Below are positions 1 to 13,846 of a DNA stretch of 64,000 bases, one piece after another (the first letter of the stretch is position 1; the number at the start of each line of letters is the position of its first letter). A program made the translations under genes and the position numbers. Under the pieces are notes generated by a model, which worked only from the letters and a program-made list of their open reading frames with translations, made no database searches and was not told the origin of the DNA. Origin of the DNA: Octopus vulgaris (Eukaryota). The stretch spans positions 91,140,001 to 91,204,000 of the forward strand of contig OX597817.1 in the NCBI GenBank assembly GCA_951406725.2, written 5' to 3'.

Positions 1-321
1 TGAGAAAGAAAATGCTACAGAGGAAAATCTTGTTTTTAGCTAAGAAAGGAAACAGAACATTATGTTTAGATAAGAATAACATCAAAGACTAGTGTTTAAG
101 TTAAGATTAGTGTTTAGTAAGAATAACAAGACTTATTTAAGTAAAAAAGGAAATAGGATCGTATTTATATTAGGATGGAAACAAAGACTTATGGTTAGTT
201 AAAAATGAAGGGTATCTTAACACAGTACTGGACCTTTTATCCAGTTTCCAGAAATCCAAGAATACTGATCAGTATTGTGCAATATACACATGCATACAGA
301 TGCACATACACACACATAATG

Positions 322-540
322 TACAGTTAAACATAGACGTTTTTAAACATATAAAAACAATGAATATTGACTGAATAATTGAATAAATCTTTTAAAAGAT
401 GTGTAGAATTTAATATTATAATTAGTTGGTAATGTCGCTGAAGTTTCACTGGTGATGGCTTATACAAACTGCAAAGAAGAGGATAGCATGATATCTTAAG
501 TATTTATTCTTACAACTGGGGGTTGGTGAAATTGGTGAAG
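322..540 (+). repeat. Unclassified dispersed repeat, copy 1 (uninterrupted)
   Basis: TTTAAACATATAAA.ACAATGAATATTGACTGAATAATTGAATAAATC...CTTATACAAACTG recurs at 4960-5123 and continues at ~5743-5790. Confidence 0.7.
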
Positions 541-1689
541 ATTGTGGGATTGAGGCTCTAGAAAGGAGTTTAAGCTCTAAAAAAGTGATGGTAAGGTTGA
601 ACAGACTTTGCTTTTGAAGTTTGTTAATTTATATATGATGTGTTAAAAATGGTTTTGTTCTTTACTTTTTTGTGAATTGATAAAAATTAAACATACTCTT
701 TAATATTGCATTAATTTGTTCCAATATCTGTTAAATAAAATCACTTTCTTTCTCTCATTTAATTTTCATTGTACAAACATTATACTTTATATATGGTACA
801 GTTTGAAATATTTTGAGAATTTTTAAGTGGATTAATAAATATGAATCAGTTAAAAGCAATTTAGCTCTCTAATTATCATTGTTTATTTTATATTTTAAGG
901 ACCCCCACCCGCAAAGCAAATTCAGAAGTCTAGAACACTTCTGGTTCCATGCTTACTGGATAAATGATCTGGTACTGTACTAACAAATCAATGTTTAACT
1001 GATATAAGATGGCATATTTAACCATAAGTATAATAGAGTGGATCAATAAGAGAGAACCTTTGAATGCATCTTATGCCAAAAATATCTAAGACTATGTTAG
1101 AAATGTGCTCAGCTGTTTTTATAATGGCAAGCCATGATTTCAAGATGATTTGGTCACAATGTCTAGTATGCCCGTTGACTGCTTTATTGGTTCATGGTGG
1201 TTATAGTTGATGTAGTTTAGCCCCTTGTGAGTCCCAATTCTACAAAAGTATGACCAAAGACATTCCTGCTGTGATAACCTCATCTTTTATTCAGGTGTTG
1301 TGTATCATCACTGTAGCATGTAGTTTGAAGGAGATGTGGTTGATGTTTGTTGCAAATCATGTAGATGTTCCTATAACTGGATGTTTTTAATGTTGAAATT
1401 CTGAAGTCGTTTGTTTTGGCAAAGAGTTAGTCAAACTGTTATATCCAACACAAGTCATTAAAATATCAAAGAACTCACCCACCAGATCATATTGTTAGTT
1501 ATTATAGGGTTAGCATCTAGGCAGTTCCAAACACCTACTAAATCCAGTGGCCAAAGGTCTATCAGCAAAGCTTCAATTGTCCTCCTCCTCCTCCTCCACG
1601 ACCACCACCATTACTATCATCGTCATCATTGCTAACATAAGATTAGATTACTTCAACCCTCTTCATCAAGCTGCTATTACTTTTGGTTC

Positions 1690-2030
1690 CTGGCTCAGTC
1701 CCACTCTATGCTATCTTAAGCAAGTGTCATCTACCTATAGCTTTGGGCTGACCAAATCCTTGTGAGTGGATCTGGTAAATAGAAACTGAAAGAAGACTCT
1801 GGTACATATATATATGAGTGTGTGTCGTTGTGTCTGTGTTTGTTCACCACCACCACTTGACAATTGGTGTTGGTGTGTTTACATCCCTATAACTTAGCAG
1901 TTCAGCAAAAGAAACTGATGGAATAAGTACCAGGCTTAAAAAGAAAATGAGTATTGAGGTCAGTTAGTTTGATAAAAATTCCTCATGGTGATACCCCAGC
2001 ATGGCAGCAGTCTAATGACTGAAAAATCTG
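1690..2030 (+). mobile_element. tRNA-derived SINE, family C (5'-truncated)
   Basis: CAGTCCCACT...CAAGTGTC...CTTGTGAGTGGAT.TGGTA...GAAACTGAAAGAAG, TG tract, CCCCAGCATGG...AATGACTGAAA tail; same family at 13270, 26657, 48628, 60335. Confidence 0.75.
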
Positions 2031-3077
2031 AGAGATTCAGGAAGAGATTCAAAATTATTGACACTGTTCTTTCAATTGCCAGTCTCTGTCAAACCATCCA
2101 ACTCATGCCAGCATGGAAAAACAGATGTTAAATGATGACTTGTGGGGATAAGCACTGCAGTTTCAGTGATAGTTTGAATATAAATCAAACAAATTTCCTT
2201 ATCTCACTTGAAATAATCATTTCATAAATATTATTACTTAACAATAGGAACAGAGTGATCTGCCCTTCATCATAATCTTTCAATCATCTCTATATAAAAT
2301 GAATGTACAACTATTTAATAGGTAGTTTTATTTACCACTAAAATAACTTGATTTTCATCATCCATCACAAGAGAAGCATTTTTCTGTTTTCTGTTAATAA
2401 ATTCACACATTCAATGCCATCATATTGTTTCAAAAGATATAGATACAACTGCATCATGTACACATATATCAACTCATTAAAGCAAGCATGTTCAAAGAAA
2501 CCCCAACAGAATACAACTGTCAATGTAAACATATGACCTATGAACTGAATAAACCAAACAACAAACACCAAACAACAGAGTGGTTTGCCTTTCTTCATTT
2601 TTAAGACTCAAAATATGAAAGTTGAATAACAAACCTTATCTCATGTTAGCTGAAGAGCCATGTAATGGCAAAACTAATCGTTGTAATGTTAAAACAAGAT
2701 AACCAGCTATTAAAGTAGAAATGTGTGTGTGTGCATATATATCTACTTATCTATCTATCCATCAATCTGTCTGTCTGTCGGCCTGCTTATCTATCTGTCT
2801 ATCTATATGTATAGTACAAGGGGAACTTATGGGATAGGGAGCTGTTGAAAGAGTCACAGAATGTGTGATGAAAGAACATTGACATAGAAACTAAAATAAT
2901 AGCAATAAAGCTGAAATGAAGACCAAACATATAGTGTGTGTGCTTAATTGGCAAAATATGTCCATCCCTAAGTATAACAATATCTGTTTCAACACGCAAT
3001 TTCAGATCAAGAATCTGGCAAAACAAATATATAAATGTATATAATATGATATATATATGCATGTGACTTTGCATGTG

Positions 3078-3120
<43 letters not shown>

Positions 3121-3659
3121 ATGCGTGTGTTTGTATGTGTGTGTATGTGTGTATCTTACAATTGATATATTCACTGTCTTTAACATGGTTACAATATGAT
3201 TATCTAAAGCTTAAGATAGAACACCCTAGAATAAATATGGACTGATCGTGATGACAACTTCAATTGAATTATAAGGTTTGATCTAAATACATACATACAC
3301 ATATTCACATGCACACAAACACACACACAGGCACACACACACACACATACACACACACAAGCACATATTATAGTTCTTTATAAAGACAAACAAAGAAATA
3401 ATCAAACAAATTTATGTAAATATTCAAAATAATATTAATATAGCAAAAACCTGAAAAAATGTTGTTCTTACCTTTACTGTATATTGTTATTTATTTATTC
3501 ATTTTATTTCAGTTTTCATATTTAAATTCCATTTTTCCAAAATGGAATCATTTCAATTCTGACAGACCAGACAGTAAAAGAGGGGGAAAAAAAGAAAGAA
3601 AAGTAACTCAAGAACTTGATTTCCATCATATCTTCACATATCTTCTTCATAATCTCCTT

Positions 3660-4960
<1,301 letters not shown>

Positions 4961-5125
4961 TACAATTAAAGATAAATGATTTTAAACATATAAAGACAAT
5001 GAATATTGACTGAATAATTGAATAAATCACTTAATAGATGTGTATAATTTAATAGTATGATTAGTTAACAGTGACTCCGAAGTTTTGCTGGGGGTGCCTT
5101 ATACAAACTGTGAAGGACAGCAATA

Positions 5126-5505
5126 CAGTAATCTCTCGCCTATCGCAGTTTATTATTTAAGCTTACAACCGATTCCTTTGTGGTGTTGCTTTGTATTTAT
5201 AGTGAAATAGATATATACAAATTATAAAAATAATTTTAAAAATATGCAGTACAGTACTGTTTCTTATTTCTTTATTGCCCACAAGGTGCTAAACATAGAG
5301 GGGACAAACAGGGACAGACAAAGAGATTAAGTCGATTACATCGACCCCAGTGTGTAACTGGTACTTAATTTATCGACCCTGAAAGGATGAAAGGCAAAGT
5401 CAACCTCAGCGGAATTTGAACCCAGAATGTAGAAGTAGATGAAATACTGCTAACCATTTTGCCCGGCATGCTAATGTTTCTGCCACAATAGTCGAAGGAT
5501 TACTG
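5126..5505. mobile_element. Tigger/pogo-like MITE with nested SINE
   Basis: Imperfect TIRs CAGTAATCTCTCGCCTATCGCAG (5126) and CCACAATAGTCGAAGGATTACTG (ends 5505); TA on the left, CA on the right. Confidence 0.6.
5261..5484 (-). mobile_element. tRNA-derived SINE, family A (Meta/MESC-like central domain)
   Basis: Reverse complement of GGCAGAAAC.TTAGCA...GTTCAAATTCCGC.GAGGT.GACTTTGCCTTTCATCCTTTC.GGGTCGATAAATTAAGTACCAG...GGGCAATAAAGAAATAAG. Confidence 0.85.
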
Positions 5506-5522
5506 CATGTCTTAACTGCTTA

Positions 5523-5740
5523 AAGGTGGCAAGCTGGCAGAACTGTAAGCATGCCAAGTAAAATGCTTAAGATCACTTTATTCATCTTTATGTTCTGAGT
5601 TCGAATTCCACTGAGGTTGACTTTACCTTTCAGCCTTTCAGGTTCAATAAAATAGGCACCAGTTGAGTACTGGGGTCAATGTAATTGACTTACTCCCTCT
5701 CCTCAAAGTTGCTGGCCTTATGCCAAAATTTGAAACAAGT
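5523..5740 (+). mobile_element. SINE family A
   Basis: AGCTGGCAGAAC head, GAGTTCGAATTCC B-box, CCTTTCAGCCTTTCAGGTTCAATAAAATAGGCACCAG domain. Confidence 0.8.
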
Positions 5741-5807
5741 CTGTCTTAAGTGTTTATTCCTACTATTGAGGGTTTGTTGAAATTGGAGGCAATGGGAAAA
5801 TAGTAGT

Positions 5808-6128
5808 GAAGGCAGGTGGCTTAGTGGTTAGGGTATTTGCCTCACAATCATGAGGTTGTGAGTTCAATTCCCAGTGGCACATTATGTTCTTGAGCAAGAC
5901 ACTTTATTTCACATTGCTCTAGTCCACCCAGCTGGCAAAAATGAGTTGTACCTGTATTTAAAAGAGCCAGCCTTGTTGAATTCTGTGTTATGCTGAATTG
6001 CATTGAGAACTACATTAAGGGTATGCATGTCTGTGGAGTGCTCAGCCACTTGTGCTTCAATTTCATGAGCTGGCTGTTGCATTGATTGGATCAACTGGAA
6101 TCCTCATTGAGTAACCAACAGAGTGCCA
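5808..6128 (+). mobile_element. CORE-type tRNA SINE, family B
   Basis: A-box TGGCTTAGTGG, B-box GAGTTCAATTCC, CORE-like TTCTTGAGCAAGACACTTTATTTCAC; collinear with 13471-13797. Confidence 0.85.
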
Positions 6129-6284
6129 TTATCTACAGAGATCCCAAGGTAAGTGTTTTGTATAATAATTTAGAACTAGCCAACATCATGAACATGGTGC
6201 TTTTACTAATTATTTTAGGTGTCTATGTAGTTATAAGATGACACACTCTTGATTCTTCCACTGTTTCATCCAACTGTACATCCA

Positions 6285-6465
6285 GGATGTGATTGATAGA
6301 AGGAGGGAAGGCTGCACGAGTATTTGACTGGTATTCATTTACAGTTGAGTAGAATGAAGCAATATATAATGAAGTGCCTTGTTCAAGGATACGACATACT
6401 ACCCAGCCAAGGAATTGAACCAATGACCTCACAAGCTGAACACCATAACCCATGTGCCCATGCAA
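6285..6465 (-). mobile_element. CORE-type SINE, degenerate
   Basis: Minus strand GGGTTATGGTG...GGTTCAATTCC...TATCCTTGAACAAGGCACTT...AACTGTAAATGAATACC. Confidence 0.6.
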
Positions 6466-6644
6466 CTTCAGAGGTTTTTAGAATGGTGCAATAAATCAAT
6501 AAATAAATGGGTTTAGTGGTTGAAGAAAGGCTACAAAGAGGTATCAGTATCTTTAATGACAAACACACACACAGACATGGATGTGCATTCATGAAATGTG
6601 CATTCATTACAAATACACACACATACACATACATATATATCATG

Positions 6645-7490
6645 TATGGAAGCAAAATCTAGAAGCAAAGTGTTTTAAAGTTAACTTAGCAAAGACCAAA
6701 TTTCTAGGAAGCAGGAAGACAAACAAGACTCTATTCCCTTGATCCTGCTCAGTACAAAGGAAAGATGTAGACAGGAATTCCCAATGGCATACCTTGTGCA
6801 AGCTATGGACACACAAGTGGTGCTGTGGAATCACAGGCAAGTTAACAGAGAAAGTAGTGTTTGTATCTGGACACATAAGAAACACATTTTATCAAATGCT
6901 CTTGAAACTTCCAACATGGTAGTAGATAGTTTTAGTTACCTTAACCGTAGAAGTGGGTGTTCTTAAAGTATAGTTGCAAGAATAAGAATAGGATGGAGAA
7001 AGTTCAAAGAGCTATTAACTCAGTTGGCAACAAAATGTCTCTTTTGTGGAAGATTAATTGTATGATGCTTTTGTACAAACAACAATACTACATTTTGATG
7101 AGATGTGGGCCCTGAACAACAGATGAAATACATAGACTAGAGCAGAATGAAGCTAGTATGCTTCATTTGATGTACAATTTCAGTGTACATGCATAACTAA
7201 GTGCTGAGGTATTGAGAGAGAAATTGGGCATAGGAGGAATCAGATGCAGGGTGCAAGAGAGAAGACTGTGTTGGTTTTGTTATGTAATGCATACGGATGA
7301 GGTCAGCAACATAAAAAACGTGCAGTGACTGAAAGAGGGTGAAACTTGTGGAAGACGAAAGATCAGAAATACCTGGGATGAAGTAGTGAAGGCAGATCTT
7401 AAAATGCTGAGTCTCATAGAAGAAATGAAAAAAGACTAAATACTTGGTGATTCATTGTACCAAAGAAAATGTATCCACCATGGCAAAAAT
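6645..7490 (+). mobile_element. RTE-clade LINE, C-terminal RT region, decayed
   Basis: Broken frames read KVNLAKTKFL, VVDSFSYL, RIRIGWRKFKEL, LYDAFVQTTIL, TWDEVVKADLK. Confidence 0.75.
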
Positions 7491-7499
7491 GATGTCCTA

Positions 7500-8400
7500 A
7501 AATCACTCTGTGTCTGCTAGTTGCCCATCCTGTCCTGTAAAACACTCCCCGCATCTCATTTTCCCTAACTCCCCACATCACTCTCTAGGAATGGCACTAC
7601 TCAGTAGCTGTTGTTACTTGAGAGCAGAACCAGAACACGTTACTCCTCACCATTTCGTTTGCATTACTAGTTACCTCTTTCATCCCTGGAATTTTCCATC
7701 CCTTATTTTCATCCTTCATTCTTTTCCCACTCTATTCTCACTGAACATCTTCTTTCTGTGCCTCCAGAAACATTTTACTTCTGCCTCTATGTGCTGGGCC
7801 CCATCCTTTCTCTCACTCTGTCTTATCAAGCATTCCCCAAACCTTTCTTTCTCTAACACCCATCATTCCATCATCCCTCTATCTATGGCACTACTTGGCT
7901 GCTGTAATTACTTGAGAGCAAACTTGGTATAAATAAACCCATCCCCTCATTCATTCTTTGCACAACTAGTTACCTCCTTCACTTCCCGAAACTTCTTCCA
8001 CCCTTCATTCCTTCCTACACTATTTTCAACCTTTCACCTCCTTTCTGTGCTTTCAGTTTCCTCTCCATCTCTCTCTCATAGTTCATCTTAACATCTCTCA
8101 TATCTGCTAGCATTTTCAATGCCCTCTCATATCTACCATCTACCCCACTCATAGCCTACTTTATGCACCTCAATATCTCCCTCCCTATTACTCCTCTGAC
8201 ACCTTGCACATCATTTCCCTACTTCCTGATCTATCTTCCGTGAATCACTACAATCTTTCCCATCTCACCAATTCTCCATACTGATATTTCCCATTAATTG
8301 CACCTCCACCTTTGTTCATCACTTGCTACATTCTCCTCTCCCTCCATCTCCATCCACCTATCACTCTTCTTACACCCTTATAAAACTTCCCCTTCCCATT
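7500..8400 (+). repeat. Pyrimidine-rich LINE 3'-UTR-like region with an internal ~290-bp direct duplication
   Basis: ATGGCACTACT...GCTG...TTACTTGAGAGCA occurs at ~7590 and ~7885. Confidence 0.5.
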
Positions 8401-8416
8401 GATTCATTGTGCATAT

Positions 8417-8680
8417 GTGGAGGTGCATGGCTTTGTGGCTAGGGTGTTGAACTCATAATCATAAGATTGTGGTTTCAATTCCTGGACCAGGTGATGCATT
8501 GTATTCTTGAGCAAAACACTTCATTTCACATTGTTCCTATCCACTCAGCTGGCAAAAATGAGTAATCCTGTGACAGGCTGGTATCCCATCCAGATGGGAA
8601 GAATATGTATGCAATGGAATTGGGAAACTAGCCCTCACAAGTCGGTATGACTCGAGAAGATAACTTTCCCTTTCCCTTCT
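8417..8680 (+). mobile_element. CORE-type SINE, family B head with a different tail
   Basis: GGAGGTGCATGGCTTTGTGG, GTTTCAATTCC, TTCTTGAGCAAAACACTTCATTTCAC...CCACTCAGCTGGCAAAAATGAG. Confidence 0.75.
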
Positions 8681-8739
8681 CGAATACTCCCTGTCACTTA
8701 GCCAAGGAGTTTTTTTTTCTCCTTTTCCTGCTCGTTTCT

Positions 8740-9090
8740 TGCTCTTGCAAGTTATTTGGTGACCTCACTAGTGCTGGTGGCATGAGAAATGCACCCACAG
8801 CACATTGTAAATTGGTTGACTTTAGGAAAAGCGAATGGCTTTAGAAACCATACCAGAGCTGACATTAGAGTTCAGTGCAGCCTTGCACATTATTGAATCT
8901 TGTCAAACTGTCCAACACATACCAGCAGGAAAATGGACGTTAAAAGATTGTGATGATAATGATGACGGTGATGATGATGATGATGATGATGATGACGATG
9001 ACCTCGACGATGATGATGGCAATAATGATGACAATAATGATGATGATGATTATGGTGGTGGTGGTGGTGGTGGTGGTGATGATGATGAGA
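8740..9090 (+). mobile_element. Retroelement 3' tail ending in (GAT)n
   Basis: TGTCAAACTGTCCAAC.CAT.CCAGCA.GAAAATGGACGTTAAA followed by (GAT)n; same tail at ~2085-2140 and ~15145-15335. Confidence 0.6.
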
Positions 9091-9907
9091 AGGAGGGGAG
9101 AGGAGGAGAAGGATAACACATACACATACATATGTGTAGAGACATATTAAATTGTGAAAACATTACACTGCCACCCTTCCATGTTAAATCCAATCACTGA
9201 GTCTCATAAAACACAGGAAGATATACACACAAAAACATAGACATATGATACTGTCACAGCCAGTTGCAGTCAACACAAGCTTTAGTTTTGGCCCCAATGG
9301 AAATGTCCTTTGTCATGTGATCTTGTCACTTGAATGCAACAGAAAATGTTTTCAGAAGCACAACATATAATCGTTCCCATTGGCTATTTCCAGCCAATTA
9401 AATTCTTTACTTTTAACTTGCTCCCTATTTGACAACCAACTTGATGGAGTCTCTTTCGGTAAATATATATATAAACAGCCGTTTGGTAAACATTAACCAG
9501 GATTGGAACTGAAATCAACAGCATTCCACATCTCAAACACTCTAATACACACGTTTTTTCACCCACGTACTTACATATACATATATTAAAATTCATTCAG
9601 ACAAATTTGCCTCATCATACGAACCAATGGCTATCGAATTAACAGTATTCTGTTAATATTTCCTTCTCTGTGGATTTTCATTCAAGATGTTTCATTTTCA
9701 CATTAATTCTTCTTCTGGTTGTAAAAGACATGGAATTTAAACTGTGGACTTTTTGATTCACGCAAAAAACATTTTTAAAGAATATATTTTGAACTTTGAC
9801 ACTGGAAAATTTTTCTCCCTGATTCCAGACTGAAGCATTGTCTGCTGTAAAATTTACTTTTCATTGTTTTGTTAACAAAATCTTTTGAGGTTGCTTCTTC
9901 CCCACTC

Positions 9908-9940
<33 letters not shown>

Positions 9941-9970
9941 TCTCTCCCTCCCTATATATATATATGTGTG

Positions 9971-10821
9971 TGTGTCGTCTCTTTGAGTGTTTTGCATTCT
10001 TGTCCCATTTTGTATTTTTATATATATTTTTTATACATATATTATTGCAGCGTAACGTATATCTTGTTCTCTTATGTATGTAAGCATTCCACTATTGTAC
10101 GACTTCTACACACACTTTCTCTATACTTCACTAGTCTCTGTCTTTCTCTTTTCTTGCCTCTGATTCTTTGGTCTCCACTTCCCCCACTCACTCACATTTC
10201 TCTGTCTTTCTCACTTTGCACCTCACTGATTCTGTCGCCAAGCCAATCCTTGGCACACTCTCTTTCTTCTCCCCTCTTTAATTCCTTCTTTCTCTCTCTT
10301 CTCCCCCCCTTTGTCCCTCTTTTACTCTCTCTCTTTGATTTCTTTGCTCCCTTTTTATCTCTCTCTTCTCCTCTCACGTGACCGCCAGTCAACTAGCCTT
10401 TCGGCTTCTGACCACTGCCACGACAACATCGTTTTCTTTGTCTGTCGCAAAGGCATTTTTTTCCAAATATGCCAGCTAAGCTAAGTTGAACTGTCTAAAG
10501 TCGTAAGACACCCGCTGTTTTTGTCCTGTTATTACTATTATTGTTTATTGTATTTATATTCATGTGGCATCGTCCGTTTTTCTGTCCTTGTTTCGTATAC
10601 ATTCGATCATTTTTCCAAGAAATCTAATGCTCGTAGCTTAGTTTTTCCTTGAGGCTGGCCGGAACGGAGCAATCTCAAGATTAATCAGCTGAAATTGCGA
10701 GGATGATCCGGTTCTTGACTGAAGATTAGAGGCTTCGAATGACCTGTCCGTTTTTTGTGTCGTCTCTTTGAGTGTTTTGCGTTCTTGTCCCATTTTGTAT
10801 TTTTATATATATTTTTTATAC
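9971..10821. mobile_element. ~850-bp non-coding element with 66-bp direct terminal repeats (Penelope-like partial tandem?)
   Basis: 9971-10036 and 10756-10821 differ by one base; CpG-rich interior; TA/TG microsatellite context. Confidence 0.6.
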
Positions 10822-11032
10822 TCGCCATGTTGATTCGTTAGCTACTGCACGCATTTTTTTCTCTCCTTCTTTCTGTGTTTTTCTCTCTCTGTGTATCTTT
10901 CTGTTGAAGAGCGTAGGCTCGAAACGTTAAAGACTTGTTTTATTTATATTTCCTGAGCGCCATACTAATACAATTGTTCGTTTGTTTTCCACCTGCCTTC
11001 GTCTTTTGTTTATTTTCATAAAGCTTCCCGTT
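10822..11032 (+). mobile_element. ~210-bp repeat with HHR-like motif (Penelope pLTR-like), copy 1
   Basis: Near-identical inverted copy at 25571-25782; ends in (TA)n. Confidence 0.8.
10896..10933 (+). ncRNA. Minimal type I hammerhead-like motif, non-canonical core
   Basis: TCTTT-CTGTTGAA-GAGC.GTAG.GCTC-GAAAC-GTT-AAAGA: stem I TCTTT/AAAGA, stem II GAGC/GCTC, palindromic stem III AACGTT. Confidence 0.55.
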
Positions 11033-11199
11033 ATATATATATATACATATATATTGGAAAAGGATGCATGGCATTCGATCATATAATATAAGTAGTATAT
11101 ATAAATATATGCATGTATACATACATATATTTACATACCTACATATATATGTATGTACATATATGAGTGTGTGTGTGTGTGTGTATGTTTGTGTGTATA

Positions 11200-11295
11200 A
11201 ATAAGACTTTTCCATGTTTCCCAGACATCAAACTAATACACTTACTTGTTGTTCCTACACCTGTCTTTGTTTTGTTTTCCTATAAATTTGAACTA
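11200..11295 (+). mobile_element. 3' fragment of a family related to 10822-11032
   Basis: AAGACTT...TTTCC...ACTAATACA...ACCTGTCTT.G...TTTTGTTT...(TA)n parallels 10930-11032. Confidence 0.5.
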
Positions 11296-11409
11296 TATAT
11301 ATATACAGATTTATACATACATACATATATGTATATATGAGTGTCAGCGTCAGTATGCAAATGTTTATATCTCATTGAGTATATCAATCTCTATGAGTGT
11401 GTATATGTA

Positions 11410-12665
11410 TGGGAGTCAGCTAAAAAGTTCATAAGTAGACCAATACACTCTCATGGAATGTGATTAAATGAGGTTTATTTTTCAGCATAGTTTCACTAGC
11501 AGTCCACTCACTTCTTTCATTGGTGTTGCAATACTTGAATCCCATTGGCAAAGGAGCTTTCATCCTGTTGGTAAAAGAGTCATCAACAGCAGATATGACA
11601 TGATCATCACTGCTATACTGGTTGCCAATCAGGTGGGCTTTTTTTGTGTTGGGCAATAGATGGGACCAAATCAGGAGAATAGGGAGAGTGATCAGCCAGT
11701 TCAAAGCCACAGTCATGAACAAGATCCATTAAAACGAAGGATTTGTGTACTGGAGCATTGTCCTGATAAAATAAGACTCCTATTTTCAATTTTCCCGAGC
11801 GTTTGGTCTTATAAGCCTTTCATAACTGCCTCAGCAAATTGGTATGGTATTCTCCATTTATAGTTTGACTCTTTTGAAGATAGTCAATAAACATAATGCC
11901 CTTTGCATCCCCAAAATCCGAGGCTGTCACCTTCCATGCAGATGAAATGACCTTGACCTCTTTTGGAGCAGGTGGGGAGAGGTGTATCCACTGCATGAGT
12001 TGTCTTTTTGTCTCTGGCTCCAAGTGGTGAACAAAACACTCATCCTGGGTTAGGTAATGATCAAGGAAACCAGCTAGATCTGCCTCAAACAATGTCAGAT
12101 TCTCCCATGATGTGATCAACCTGGTGAACTTTTGATCAAGTATCAGATGTGGCACCCACCAAGCAGAAACGCTTGTAATGACAAGTTCATTGTGCAGAAT
12201 ATTCTCAACTCTTTCATGGAATATGCTAATAGCATTGGCTATTTGATCACCTGTCATCCATCACCATGTGGTGAACATGATCAATGATCTCTTTGGCTGT
12301 GGCAATTGCAGGATATTCAGAGCTTGGGTAATGTTCAAGATACACCATTCTCCTCCTAAATTCAGCTGTGTCCACTTTTGCACTGTTGATAAAGGTGGGG
12401 CATCATCCTCTAATGTAGCAACCATGCCAGCAAGAATGTCCTTAGGGGGCTAAAGCTTTTCCTGCAGGTACTTGATAGCACCATGATACCAAATTTTGTC
12501 CTATTCAAGAGAAATCACTAGTTACTTCTGAAGTCGTCTTTGAAGAGTCAGGTCTCAGTTTATCTGGAAAGAAACAATGCAGAATAGTTGAAATTAATGC
12601 ATGCAAGATTTCACAGCTCTAGTATCACTCCATAGTCAGCCTATAAACTTTTCAGCCCACTCTCA
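11410..12665 (-). mobile_element. Mariner transposon, full-length decayed copy
   Basis: Imperfect ~31-bp TIRs (TG.GAGT..GCT.AAAAGTT.ATA.G..GAC); minus-strand frame 11820-12257 has WVPHLI, LTQDECFVHHLEPETKRQ, DAKGIMFIDYL. Confidence 0.9.
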
Positions 12666-13148
12666 AATGTATATGTGTGTGTGTGTGTGTATGTGTGTAC
12701 CACAAAACATCAATCTCAAGCATTGACAACTAATAAACACTAACTGCAGATCTTCAACTGACAACCCCACCCCATCTCCACCTTCCACTTCTTTAAAATA
12801 AGCAATTAATCAAAACATAAGACACATGTTGTATTGGAGAAGAGTTTGAGTAAACAAGTCATAAAAGATACAGACATTAAATTCCATTCTTCACACCCCA
12901 ATAAAGACATTTCTATTTTCACTCGACACTTCAAAGAATATAACCACAGGCAGAAATTAACTGCATCCAAAAATATCTGGTGTCTAAACATTCAATAATC
13001 CTGTCCTACTTTTCTTCTCCTTTCCTCTTTCTTTATTCTCCTCCTCCTCCTCCTCCTCCTCCTCCTGTTACTTATATTCAATTTCCCTACCAGTGACCAT
13101 CATATAGCTCTCTCTCTCTGTCCTTCTATGTATCTACCTACCTACCTG

Positions 13149-13219
<71 letters not shown>

Positions 13220-13269
13220 GTCAGTCTGTCTGTCTGTCTGTCTGTCTATCTATTTATATCACTTACTTA

Positions 13270-13807
13270 TTTAAGTCAGTGCCCCAGCATGGGGAACTGC
13301 CTTAAAAAGATTTTAGTCAAATGGTTGACTCCAGTAATTTTGTGTTTTTTTTAAGCCTGGCATTTATTCGTATCAGTCTCTTTTGTCAAACTACTAAGTT
13401 ACAGGGACATAAACACACCAACATCAGTTGTCAAGTAGTGATGAAGTAACAAACACAGATACAAAGACTCTTAAAAGACTCCGCCGGTTACGACGACGAG
13501 GGTCCCAGCTGATACGATCAATGGAACAGCTTGCTCGTGAAATTAACGTGCAAATGGCTGAGCATTCCACAGACACGTGTACCTTTAACGTAGTTCTCGG
13601 GGATAATCAGCGTGACACAGAGAGTGACAAGGCTGACCCTTTGAAATACAAGTACAACTCATTTTTGCCAGCTGAGTGGACTGGAGCAACGTGAAATAAA
13701 GTGTCTTGCTCAAGGACACAACGCGTCGCCGGGAATCGAACTCACAACCTTACGATCATGAGCCGAATGCCCTAACCACTAAGCCACGCGCCCTCACTAC
13801 AAAGACT

Positions 13808-13846
<39 letters not shown>

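Noticed and set aside
5808-5880. SINE heads as functional tRNA genes
   Set aside because: A and B boxes are present but there is no full cloverleaf, and they run on into SINE bodies.
10729-10750. CTGAAGA...GAATGACCTGTC as a hammerhead
   Set aside because: Stems I and II do not pair convincingly and GAAA is absent.
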